From Pseudovirgaria hyperparasitica (Eukaryota), in assembly GCA_010093815.1 (NCBI GenBank), contig ML996570.1: 64,000 bases of DNA. The stretch is one strand, 5' to 3'. The stretch's first letter is position 1; each line of letters begins with the position of its first letter. Below, piece by piece: positions 1-11,729 of the stretch. The notes beneath the pieces were generated by a model that was not told where the DNA came from, ran no database searches, and saw only the letters and a program-made list of their open reading frames with translations. The translations under genes were made by a program, and so were the position numbers.

Positions 1-1
1 T

Positions 2-940
2 GATAGCCTCCGCACCGAGTCCAGAGCTTTACGCTCACGTATCGACGAGATGGACATCGAAAAGTCACGCTTTGACCGCGATCGCTTGAACTTTCAGACT
101 CAGGTCACCACTTTACAGGCGCAGCTCGCCGAGCGCTCCAAGGCCATCGACACTGAGGACACCGGCCTTTTCACACCGCCACCACCTACCCCACCTCCTT
201 TGAACAGAATGAACAGCCTTGCAGACGAGCTCTCAGGACAAAGCGACGACGAAGAAGAGGACGAAGAGGACGGGAATTCGCTGGCCGAAACCGTGAACAT
301 CGATATGATTGAGCACGAGACGCAGACTGACCCTGAGCCAATCGTTGAGCCACCTAGCCTGAAGAGCAGTGTTCTCACTATTGTCTCCTCGGAGCCTCTC
401 GACGCACCAGCACCCCCAGAGCCGATCATAGAGCGTCTGACTCCAAGTGGCGTTCGTGAAACAGTATCTTCTGTCCCTGTTGCAGTAACACCGCCCTCAG
501 CACCGATCATACCCAAGCCCGTGGCGCTACCTGTCGCTCATACGAAGTCGAAGAGCTGGTCTCCTATCTCAAATCCCTACGATACCTTGTGGTATCTTGG
601 CGCAACTCTCATCAGCTTGTTGTTGGTCCTCATGGCGTCCCAGACCATAGAATACCAAGCTTTCAACTCGCCATCACCCTCCACCCCGTTGCGAATTCTA
701 CACGCCACAGCTTCGCCGGTGATCTCTGTCTTTCACGCCTTCCCATCAGCACGCGTCTTACCGATTGGATTCAGCAACACGCCTCTTTCGCGGGCAGGAA
801 GTCACGGAATGGGAAGTTGGGCCGGTGGACTTGTACCCGTTGGGTTTACTGAGAGTTACTTGGACCCGGGATATATGTTTGGCGAATGGATGATCTGGGC
901 AGAAAGGGTGTTGGGTGTGGATCGTGGAGCTTTGACTTGA
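2..940 (+). CDS. 3' part of an uncharacterised protein (coiled coil, acidic/Pro-rich region, single TM helix); starts upstream of the window
   Basis: Frame is open from nt 2 through the ATG at 50 to TGA 938-940. Heptad-like N-terminal part, DDEEEDEED tract, hydrophobic LWYLGATLISLLLVLMA. Confidence 0.75.
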   Translation, partial: DSLRTESRALRSRIDEMDIEKSRFDRDRLNFQTQVTTLQAQLAERSKAIDTEDTGLFTPPPPTPPPLNRMNSLADELSGQSDDEEEDEEDGNSLAETVNIDMIEHETQTDPEPIVEPPSLKSSVLTIVSSEPLDAPAPPEPIIERLTPSGVRETVSSVPVAVTPPSAPIIPKPVALPVAHTKSKSWSPISNPYDTLWYLGATLISLLLVLMASQTIEYQAFNSPSPSTPLRILHATASPVISVFHAFPSARVLPIGFSNTPLSRAGSHGMGSWAGGLVPVGFTESYLDPGYMFGEWMIWAERVLGVDRGALT

Positions 941-1448
941 GCTCGAAGCAATGTGGTTGGGTTGGATGGACATGGACCGTCTTTTTTTCTCTGAAGTAAG
1001 CGAATGTTTTAGATACCCGGTCGTTGATTTACTCTTTCTCCGTCAGGAGTATTGTTGGAGCGGCGGAAGACTGCCGTTGCTGTATCGCTGTCGGCCCTTC
1101 TGGACGAGTTTATGCTTAGTTACGCGGAGATGGTCATGGACGGCGATCTTCGTTGAGAATGAGACTTTATTGCTTGCCTTCAACACAACTTTCTTTCGCT
1201 GACATATGGCACTATATTTACTCCAGATTTCCATTTCACCCGTCTGCATCGTCTATATTATACTAGAGATCCAAGACTTTAAGCTCCTGTTCGGGCACAA
1301 CGTTTAGTCTACATTGAATGAGTTGATGCTGCTACATGGATGACTTTCGTTGAAACATATTCTGTTCGCGTCTTGAGTAATAACTGGGCAGCCGATATGA
1401 TCAATGTCAGTTCCATTGTCGATAGAGAGAGTCTAGCTCAGTAGGGAG

Positions 1449-1868
1449 ACGCGTCTAGTGAAGGCTTGACAGGTAGGCGACGCGAGTAGAAGTTGCGGAA
1501 CGACTTCGGATCGTGGAAAAGGGCGCTAGCCAAGTGCAAGTGCTCGCAAAACGCACGGGCCAACTTTGCAGCCAACAAAGGTTGCAAAGAAGTGACGGAA
1601 AGCAGTCGCTCTTTCCAGCTTAATTGCACCACGCGCTTTTGCAGGCAGCCTCCGACGTTGTTGATGCTGGATTGATGTTCTTGCGCGCTTGCCCCGTTTA
1701 GTCACACGTGTCTTCGCTCGTCGCTCCTACCCTCCGTGCTCCCCATTATATAACCCTTTCCCCCCTCGTGCTTTCTGCCACTTGTTTTCTTCCCTTCTCC
1801 TCCTTCTTCCCATCCCCAAACTCAACTTCGCCATCAATATTCCATCCATATCTCGACCACCAACGCGT
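1449..1868 (+). promoter_or_regulatory. Histone H4 promoter with MCB-like ACGCGT sites and TATA
   Basis: ACGCGT at 1449-1454 and 1863-1868 (another at 2037-2042 in intron 1), ACGCGA 1480-1485, TATATAA 1747-1753 followed by a CT-rich leader. Confidence 0.4.
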
Positions 1869-1915
1869 ATTCCATCGACTTTTCCACTTCAAATAACTCA
1901 TCTTACTAATTCAAG

Positions 1916-2521
<606 letters not shown>

Positions 2522-3181
2522 GTGTATTCGTCGTCATTCTGGGTTATAAGGGGCTACTTCAGCGTTGCGCTTGCATAGTTGCCATATTCACTACTTGCTC
2601 GCGTAACACATGTAGATTGTCGCACGTTGTCACAGGATCCGTTCGGATGGTATGTAGGTCCGTGACTGTGTGGGTTGGCGTTTGGGTGGTATCTGGGTCC
2701 ATGGTGTCGTTGACGATATGTTGCGATGCATCATGACTTTGCTTTACGTTAGTTCTAGTAGAACAATATGATACCTTTGATCAAGTCTTGGTTCTGGTTT
2801 GATGTGAAGCATTGATTAACAACGTGCCTATTGCGGGCTTGAAGATGCCAGGAGATGGTATGCATATGAAGAAATCATCCATGAATAATCGTGCGTTTGT
2901 TCGTTATTTATAGCAACCCACCTACACCCTGAGTCCCGACTTTGCCTATCTGCATACCATACCTAACCTGGCCCTACCTACTACTTACTACCTACCCAGC
3001 CCTACGAATCAGCATCACCACCATCAAGCATAAAAGAAATTTCACCCCCTCACCCCCCACCAAAAAGGGAAGAGAAGAGAAGAGAAACACCACCGAGACA
3101 TGTGAATAGGAAATTCGTTCGTTCGCCCGTCCGTCAGCCTGTCCGCCCGTCAAAAGCCGACACGACACGATCGCTAGAATG

Positions 3182-3207
3182 AAAAAAAAAAAAAAAAAAA
3201 AAAAAAA
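3182..3207. repeat. A26 homopolymer
   Basis: Direct read; lies between the convergent 3' ends of H4 and the 3924-6308 gene. Confidence 0.95.
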
Positions 3208-3923
3208 CGAGAAAGGGCAAGGCGAAAAAGAAGAGGAAAAAAGAAAAAGAATTGATTGGAATTGTGGAAATTATGGAAACATGATGATAAGTGCGTTTGT
3301 TAGGGGAGTTGGGGAGGGAGTTGGGGGGTGAAACAAGTAAAGCAGCATAAGTTTTTAATCGGTCAAAACAAATGCTATGTGTGTGTATGTGTGGGTTTGT
3401 GGAAAGATGCTCGCTGTCTTGTCTGTCTGTCTGCCGTTATACTGCGGTCCCCCGAATCCCGACCCCCCCAAAACCCCGAAAAAAAACCATCGCCCGATCT
3501 CGTTCGCGGTCTGTCTGTCTGCCTGGCTGTCTATTCGTAATGATCGATTGTGTAGGGAGCAGGGAGGGGCCTGGCGGTAATGGTAATTTGCCGTTTCGTG
3601 TATAGTCGTTGTCGCATGTAATGTCGTCGATCCATGGCATTGTATGCATGAGCCCAGTCCTGCTCCTGCTGCTGCTGCATGGCGCAAAAGAGGTTGAATG
3701 ACGGTCTGCGGGACAATGCCATGAATCCTTTTTTTTCGTCTCGTTATATAGCTTTTCAAATGATAGACAGAATAGAAGGGAAATGGAACTGCCAGTCTAG
3801 ACTAGCGTCGTCCAATCACTTTCCAGTGCAATGGCACTCACTTCCATGTACATGTTGTGCTGCTCTCGTGTAAATGGTGCGCGCAGCGAGAGAAAGTGAT
3901 GCGCGAGTCGCCCGTCGCAACTA

Positions 3924-6308
3924 CTACCTGTATCGTTTGCCGCGATGGTCGTGGATGACTTCGCGCTCAAAGACGAACTCGTCGTAGCTGGACCGAGGTG
4001 CAGGATGCCGAATCTCCTCACGTTCCCACTGAATCTCCTTGATGCGCGAGCGACGATCGCGGCGGATATCGTCTGATAGTTCGACAAGCTGGAGAACGTC
4101 CTCCTGCTATATATTAGTACTACCCCTCAAGACGAATCAAAGGATCCACTTACGTAGCGAAGGTATTCCATTACGTAGAAGAAGGAGTCTGTCTCTTCGT
4201 ATTCATATCCCATTGTCTTGATTGCATCCTCAAGCACTAGATCTTTGGTCACTTCTGTCCACATGTCCTCTTTGGGTTTCGGAGGGTGTGGAGGCGCGAT
4301 AGCCTTCTGACTGCTACGACTTGACCCGAAATCGGTCGCATATTCGCCGTCATCAGTGATGAATTTCGACCGGCGGTTACCGCTATATCGTTCCCAGCTG
4401 ATTTCTTGTCCAGCGCCTCCTTGGCCGTCCAGACGTACACGTCTGGTGCCAGGAGGAACATCGACCAGTCCCCAATCTTTAGTGGCACCGTTGTAGGCTT
4501 CACCAGGGTAGCCGCGATCAAGTGCTTTACGGTTGTAATAGTCAGCCTCGGCTTGAATATCGTCCTCATAGTGAGGCTGTGGGCGTCGATGAGCGACTTC
4601 ACGATCGCGCTCGCGTGGTGCAGCGCTCTGAGAACGATGGCGAGTGATGGAAAGCTCAAAACCCTTTTCATCACCACTAGAGTCGTCCTTGTTATCCTTG
4701 ATTTCAATCTTCTCAATCTCAGACCTATCTTCGCGCACGGAGCGCGCTCTCTTCCTGTCTTTCTTTTTGGAGCGTTCCGGTTCTTTCTCTCGACTGGACT
4801 CAAAGGTGATGTCCTCGTCGTAGGACTTTCCACCAGAAGTGTGGCTAAGACAGCGTCAGTAAGCTAAAGGTTTTGGGGTAGTAGAACTGACCGTCGATGG
4901 ATTGAGAGCTCAAAGTCGTCATCCTTGGGGGGCTCAGGGGGTGGTGGTGGGGGAGTCAAAGGGCGCGCGCGCTCAACACCTGCTACAATTAGACGACGAG
5001 CAAAAGTACGCAACTGGGCACATTACCATGGTCAATGTGTCGGTGATGGGTGATGATCTCCTGGATAATGGGAGGTCTCATGATGGGCTGTGGCTCCGGC
5101 GGAGGAGGAGGAGGAGATGGTGATCTAGATGGCGAGGAACTAGGCGAACGCTCGGTACGACGAATGATGATCTCTTGCTTCTCGACCTGAGGTGGTGGAG
5201 GTGGCGATGGGGGCGATGGAGGTCGCTGCTCGCGGCGTCGGTATACAAAGTCTTCACGTTCACGGGCTACAAGACGCGGAGGCGGCAAGCTACGCTCTCG
5301 CGGACGAATGACAATCGTGTCCTCATGAACATCGCGACCTCTTGGGCCTCTGCTATGCTCGTCGCGAAAGATGATCTCTTCTCTCTCGGGAGCACGAGAT
5401 CTGGTGGATCTGGCGGACTTTGGTGGTGGTGGTGGACTCGAGCTTCGCTCCTCATGCCTGAAGATGATCTCGTCTCTGTCGACCTCACGGGGCCTCGACG
5501 GTGGACCCGATTCCCGCTCTTCATGTCTGAAAATGATTTCTTCCTTGTCGACATCGCCTCCACGATGCGACGGAGGAGGGCCTGGAGGACCACGCGGCCC
5601 ATTTCCGGTCCTGAATCGGATCTCCTCTCGTTCCTCCTCACGAATCGACTCGCGGACAGACTCTCGTGGTGGTCCGCGTGACTCGGTCCGTCGTATCGTG
5701 ATCTCTTCCTTGTCTACGTCACGGCCACGAGTGGTCTTGGAGCGGTTGGTCTTGACGCTTCGAGTATCTTCCTCTGCGGGTGGTGGAGGTGGAGGACGAC
5801 GTGAGGTAGCTCTGCTCTCAACATCCTCTTCCCGACGTCTGTATATGATCTCGTCTCTTTCGACCTCACGCGGTACCTCACGCGGTGGGGGAGGCCCCCG
5901 CCTCTCTCGAAATACGATCTCTTCTCGCTCTACGTCAGTCTCTCGCGGCGGGGGAGGGCCACGCTCACGACCACTGGGCCGGCGTTCATTGCGGATGATT
6001 ATCTCCTCGCGGTCCACGTCGTGTTCGCGCGGACGAGGCTTGGCTGAGGAAGCTCTCGAGCGTGCATCAAAGTCCTCGGTGTGGCTCTTGCGAATGGTCA
6101 AGGGGCCTGCTGTCGTGCGGCCGTAGTCTTCACGGAGGAAGTCAGGCTGGCTGCGTCGAGGATCACCACCATAGTCTCGACGGGAGGACTCGCGAAGCTC
6201 GACATCAAGCTCGTCGTAGCTACGCTGGGAGCGACCACCATGACTGTCGCGGTAGAAGTCCTTCTGACGCTCTTCGTAGAGCTCAGCGGTGGGATATCGT
6301 CGAGACAT
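3924..6308 (-). CDS. Conserved fungal Arg/Glu/Pro-rich disordered protein with a small C-terminal conserved domain (DUF8035-like)
   Basis: ATG 6308 (MSRRYPTAELYEE). Introns approx. 5026-4980, 4891-4846 and 4152-4105. C-terminal WTEVTKDLVLEDAIKTMGYEYEETDSFFYVMEYLRY|EDVLQLVELS; stop TAG 3926-3924. Confidence 0.85.
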
Positions 6309-7817
6309 GGTGGGCGGTGAGGGAGAGCGGGTTGCGGGTAGCGGCGGGGTTGGAGAGATGAAGCTCGCAAGCTCGCGAGGCTGGGAAGAAGCAAGACGGG
6401 CAGTGATACACGGCACAAACGAGAGGCACAGGAAGATGTGGTGAAGAGCACAGCGAGGCCTCGACAGAAGAAGCCAACAGTCTGAATGGCTGGGCGGAAG
6501 GGTGAGACTGAATGGGGATGTGTGTCAGGTTCAGGTTGGAAAAGAGCGCGGTTGGGCAGATGATGTCAATGCGCGGGCAGGACTGGGACTTGGACTGGAA
6601 GTGGGAGGGACTGGCACTTTGGGGTTTGGGCGGGGGGCTCAGGCTGTTGTTGTTGCTGCTGTCGTTGCTGCCCTGCCCTCGCCCCGTTTAGCTGGCTGGC
6701 TGCCCGTCGTCTACCTGGTGAAGACTACTATTATTATATTTATACATACATCCATACATCCCAACGTTAATCACACACTGCGCCTCAGTCATCATGTCCT
6801 GTCCACTCACGGTCCGCCGGATGCCGTCGAGACACGTACTATGTAATTATATATGTTACCACTGTGCCTCAACCTTGAACATAGTTATAGCCTTTATTGA
6901 CGTTAATCGCTGTCCAGCTGGTATTATTAGTCCAGCCTCCTGGCACAGCACGCACCCGCTCGCGCACACCTACATACGCACGCTGTCTCATGTTATATCC
7001 TCACCATTGGCTGCCGCGAACGAGTGAGCGAGTGAGTGAAAGCTGAGAGGCTGGGACGCAGACACCAGAAGCGTTTCGTCTCGTGCCGCTGCCGCAGCTC
7101 ACCGGCGGCCGTTCGGAGCGGGGGTAAATGGATGCGTAGGAATGGATCTAGCTTCTAGAAACGTGGAGTCTTTGCTTGCAGATGTGTGCAGGCTGATTGC
7201 AGTGGTGGTATGCGAACTGCCATGGCCTGGGGCGAGACAGGACCTATCTTTGAGAGCTGGACGCTGTTCTTGATGTTCTTATACTGCTTCCAGGGCTTCC
7301 TGGCTCGATACTGCTCGACGACTGGACGACGAGGCGAGACTTTGTGTTGATACTTTGTCGGCCCTGGTACCGGCCAGGTAATCGATAAGCAAGACGTCAT
7401 CTTGCGTAGTCGCATGCCTGGCTGGCCTGAAAGTGAAACAACATAAAACTAGGACGACTAGACAGCCCAGCCCCCTCAATTTGCCAATCAACCTTGCCGC
7501 CAGGTCATCGTATTTGAGCATCAACTCATTCGTTCCTCTCCATCCGAGCCATTTGTTGTTGCGCCTTTTCCACGTAGTGTCATCTGCTTGAGCTGCCAAC
7601 CAGCTGAGTGACTGCCAGCCATTATGTCATCATGCTTACTCAGGCGTTATTCAGCGACTGACACCCGACCCTCGAGGATTCATCTCTCTCCTCTCCACTC
7701 TCAGTATATCTTGTCACGTACAACAATACCATATCCCGTCTGTCAGATGGTGGAAGGGTGAATTGTGAGTTATGCTGGGTAGAGCGAACATAAGTTCTTC
7801 GATTTGTCAAGAACTTA

Positions 7818-8774
7818 TCACTCCACGTCGTACAAGTCATTCCAGAAGAGGATATCGCTCAGCATCTCCTCTGGCAGATTGATTGCAGCGAAGTTCTCAC
7901 GCTTTGGAGTTCGTATTTGAGTATGAACGCTCGCCGCAGTTTTCCAGCCAAAGAATCCAGCCATCTCCCAGTCGACGAGACCAACAATCCGATCGTTATC
8001 AACAATGCAGTTTGACTGCGAGACATCGTTGTGCATGAGGCTGAGGTCGGAGTCTTTGTTGTCCTCTGCAAAGATGATTTCTCGTTCGAGCTCCTGAATG
8101 CCACGATGCTCGACGGGATCTGGATCCGGAATGACGTATGATCGGCGACTGGTCTCAACTGTCGGGGTTATTGTGCGCAGTCTCTGTAGTATCTCTCGTG
8201 CCTGTTGCTTGAAGGAAGTCTTCTGACGCTGCGAGATGTACTGCCATGCTACGTTGAGGCCCACTCCAGGGATTCTCTCTTGCACAAACACATCTCGTCC
8301 GTTGACCTGTCGACAACTTAGTAGTGCATAGGCCAAACAGACATATTCTACTAAGCGTATTGGAGAGTGAGTAGGTACCTTGGCTGCGAAATAGACCCGA
8401 GGGACTTTTGTGGTGCCATCCAACACCGTCCTCGCAAGAGCAATTGCCTCGACCTCGTTCGCATCGGCGTACGAATAGTCGCGGTGAGCCCGTCGCCCTT
8501 GGAGCAGCTCCTTCAGGTGACTAGACTTGACAATCACGCCCCCGAGCGCAAACACATCGCGCCCTCCGTCCTGGTTCTCGTAGATTCTGGTCGACTCGGT
8601 GCATTTCGCAAGGACCGTAGACCAGTATTCTAGGGCCTCGGGCGTGGTGCGATTGATGTGCTTTGCATCAGGCACGAAGTCGGTGGGCTGGGGACGGTAG
8701 CGGCCGTACAGAGGCACGTCTGCGTAGCGGTCTGTGGGCGGTATGTTGTCCGGGTTGGCTTCGTATGGGTTCAT
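7818..8774 (-). CDS. Aminoglycoside phosphotransferase (APH)/protein kinase-like fold protein
   Basis: ATG 8774 (MNPYEANP); 72-nt in-frame intron 8378-8307; HNDVSQSN (HxDxxxxN) and LVDWEMAGF motifs. Confidence 0.88.
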   Translation of the reverse strand: MNPYEANPDNIPPTDRYADVPLYGRYRPQPTDFVPDAKHINRTTPEALEYWSTVLAKCTESTRIYENQDGGRDVFALGGVIVKSSHLKELLQGRRAHRDYSYADANEVEAIALARTVLDGTTKVPRVYFAAKVPTHSPIRLVEYVCLAYALLSCRQVNGRDVFVQERIPGVGLNVAWQYISQRQKTSFKQQAREILQRLRTITPTVETSRRSYVIPDPDPVEHRGIQELEREIIFAEDNKDSDLSLMHNDVSQSNCIVDNDRIVGLVDWEMAGFFGWKTAASVHTQIRTPKRENFAAINLPEEMLSDILFWNDLYDVE

Positions 8775-9607
8775 TGTGTGGGTGTTGTTGGATTGATGGA
8801 CGGTGACGTTACGTGCGAGGACGGTACATCCAGCAGAGAACCACGAGCCGCCCACAAATCCATGTGCACGGGCCGTATCTCCGCTCCCAACGGTCGCCTG
8901 CCATGTGATTTCACCTTAGCAAGACCTACTTCTCAAACTCTATTTGTCCTTCTATCCTCCTGCTTATGTGAGGCGTACTTGTAGTCTACTTTAACGCCGT
9001 ATACTGAAAGCTGTTATTTATATTATGCTTGCATATCATCTTCTACACAACCCAGTCAACACACCATTCCACGTGCAATATCAGCCAGCACATGCGAAAG
9101 GCGCGGAACACGAGGATACCATCCCGCGGGTACATCGAGTAACGTAACCCACTAGCCACAAACAACAGATATCCAACACCATCTTTCCACATCCAGCCTA
9201 GCGCGAGCCCTATATCGCCTTCTAGAACGACTACCGGGGGTCGGCAATATCATAATCACGAATCTAAAAAAGGGGGGCGCGCGATCCCATTTCCCATCTC
9301 TCAAACCCCAACCGCGCTACGCAATAACACAATAGATTCGTTAGTTAGCCAGGTCCCTTGAAATGGGAGTGCTTTCAAAGCATATAGCGTAGCGGCGGGT
9401 TATTGCCAGTAGCCCCCTGCTTGCTTGCTTGCTGTATAAAGTCCTTGGCCCCGAGACTGGCTATTCACTGGTATTTTCGTTCTGTTTTGTTTCGTCCTGT
9501 TTCGCCTTGTTCAGTTTCGTGCAATACACACACACACATACACCTCGTCGCTCTTTAAGCAAATATCTCCCCCAACCACGCTCGCTCACCACCACACCAA
9601 ACCCACC

Positions 9608-10343
9608 ATGAAACCCACCACCACCACCACCCCGCTCCTCGCCCTCCTCACCCTCCTCACCACCCCCCTCCACGCCCAATCCCCCACCACCACCGTAGTC
9701 TCCATGTTCGGCCTCGCCGGCGCAAACTACACCGCCTCCATCATCGCCATCGCCTCCTCCACCACCACCCTCCAGCTCATCTGCCCGTCCGCCCTCTCCT
9801 CCCTCTCCCCCGCCTCCAACGACGACGAACAAGACTACGCCTGCTACGCCCCCACCCTCACCGTCACCACCGCATCCACCTTCTTCGCCTTCGACTACAC
9901 CGATCTCGACAACGGGAATACCGTTGGGGGCCCGATTACCTGTTCGCTTGGCGGGACGACGGCGGCGGCGTGCACGCAGATGGCGAGTGGGGTCGTGGAT
10001 GGCAGTTCGTTTAGTACGAGTGGGGAGTTTAGCGTTAGTGCGCCGGAGGATTTTGTCTGGGTGCCTGTTACGATTACGGGGGGGTTGGAGAAGATTGGTG
10101 GGTTTTTATGCTTTCTTTTTGCGGTTCTGCGTTCTTGCTGTGTTTTTGGGGCTCTTTGGGGGGGGGGGGTGTTTTGTGCTGACGTTGTGATGGGTAGAAA
10201 GTGCGACGCGGACGGGTACGGGGGCGGCGGCGCCGACGGGGTCGCAGGGTGCGGCTGCGGAGGTGACGGGTGGTCGGGCGAAGGGGGTGAATGCGGTTGC
10301 TGTTGGGGCTGTTGGGGCGGCTGTTTTGGCGTTTGCTGTTTGA
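9608..10343 (+). CDS. Secreted Ser/Thr-rich, probably GPI-anchored cell wall protein
   Basis: Signal peptide MKPTTTTTPLLALLTLLTTPLHA; 4-Cys domain ending VPVTITGGLEKI; intron 10098-10197; exon 2 gives ESATRTGT...VNAVAVGAVGAAVLAFAV*; TATAAA at 9435. Confidence 0.85.
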
Positions 10344-10820
10344 GGTTTTGGGATGTGGGAATAGGGGGGGTGGGATGGCGGGAGGGGATGGCAGAGGGAC
10401 GAATGTTTTTATAGCTGTTGATGTAGACAGAGTGTGTATATGCTTTTAATATGTACGTTTGATATATACGCTGAACACATACAATCATATCCACATATGC
10501 AAGCCTCGTTTCCGATTCTATACTCAAGGCCTGGTTCTCGCGTTCTCGGGTGGGATTGGGCTTTAGAACGTTGATGATATACTTCTTACCTGCTTTGCTT
10601 ATATTCTCCTAATTCATGTATAGGTATGAAAGCGAGGTAAGAGTAGGGACGGGTGTGGACTATAGGGGAACAGGGAAATATAAGATGTGTAAGAGACAGT
10701 ATAGAGACATGGAGGATAGAGAGTAAAAGAACGAAAAGAATAAACAACGTAGGAAAGCACGTAGTCCTCTTGGCTTTGAATGTTGTTTGTTTCAATATCT
10801 AGGTTCAAGTTGGTTGGTCT

Positions 10821-11020
10821 GTCCAGGTATCGATTCAGAGATCAGGAACAAGTAGAGTCCTGTCTGGTCTGTCCAGGCATCGATTCCGAGAGTAGGAACA
10901 AGTAGAGTCCTGTCTGGTCTGTCCAGGCATCGATTCCGAGAGTAGGAACAAGTAGAGTCCTGTCTGGTCTGTCCAGGTATCGATTCAGAGAGTAGGATTA
11001 AGTAGAGTCCTGTCTGGTCT
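10821..11020. repeat. Minisatellite, 50-bp unit x4
   Basis: GTCCAGGYATCGATTCMGAGAGTAGGAACAAGTAGAGTCCTGTCTGGTCT at 10821, 10871, 10921 and 10971; copies 2 and 3 are identical. Confidence 0.95.
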
Positions 11021-11166
11021 GTCTGGTCTGTCTGGTCTGTCTGGTCTGTCTGGTCTGTCTGGTCTNNNNNNNNNNNNNNNNNNNNNNNNNNNNNNNNNNN
11101 NNNNNNNNNNCTGTCTGGTCTGTCTGGTCTGTCTGGTCTGTCTGGTCTGTCTGGTCTGTCTGGTCT
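11012..11166. repeat. (GTCTGGTCT)n 9-bp tandem array spanning an assembly gap
   Basis: The array flanks both sides of 45 Ns (11066-11110); its true length is unknown. Confidence 0.9.
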
Positions 11167-11667
11167 ATCTAGTCTGTCTAGTCGTCTATTCTCCCCGACC
11201 CTACAGATAGGCTATATAGGACATGCAGGACAGGCAAGACAACATCTCTCCTCTCCATCACAACAACTCCCGGTCATACATGGCCCCTATCCGCTATCCC
11301 ACCGTGCGTGCATGCGTCTAAACTGTGAACCTAACCCTTATATATCCCACATGCGCTCGGCTTCTGTGCACGTGCTTCCAGACACGCGCAGGCCCAAGGC
11401 CCAGGCCCAAGAGCGGGTGTGTGTGTGTATATAGCTGTACGGATGGGGTGTGTGGAGGAGGATAGGATAGGATAGGAATGCGCCACCGCGTCATTCCTGC
11501 CTCTTCCCACGCTCGCTCCTTCCTTTCCTCTCATTCCAGCCCAAACGCACTAATTAGTTAGTACTGCTAGCACACTGCTATGGGTTCAAGCGGGTATGCC
11601 ACACCGTATATACAACACTGAGTACCACAGTTGAGGCCCGGAAGCAAGGTCGGGGTCGTGCAGCAAA

Positions 11668-11729
11668 GTCCACGTTCAACGTCCACGTTCAACGTCCACG
11701 TTCAACGTCCACGTTCAACGTCCACGTTC
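11668..11729. repeat. (GTCCACGTTCAAC) 13-bp tandem repeat, about 4.7 copies
   Basis: Direct read. Confidence 0.9.

Noticed and set aside
7155..7620. Short minus-strand ORFs downstream of the APH-like gene
   Set aside because: No ATG-led coherent gene model or recognisable domain.
10821..11020. Possible CRISPR-like array
   Set aside because: Units are contiguous and near-identical with no unique spacers, there are no cas genes, and the context is eukaryotic.
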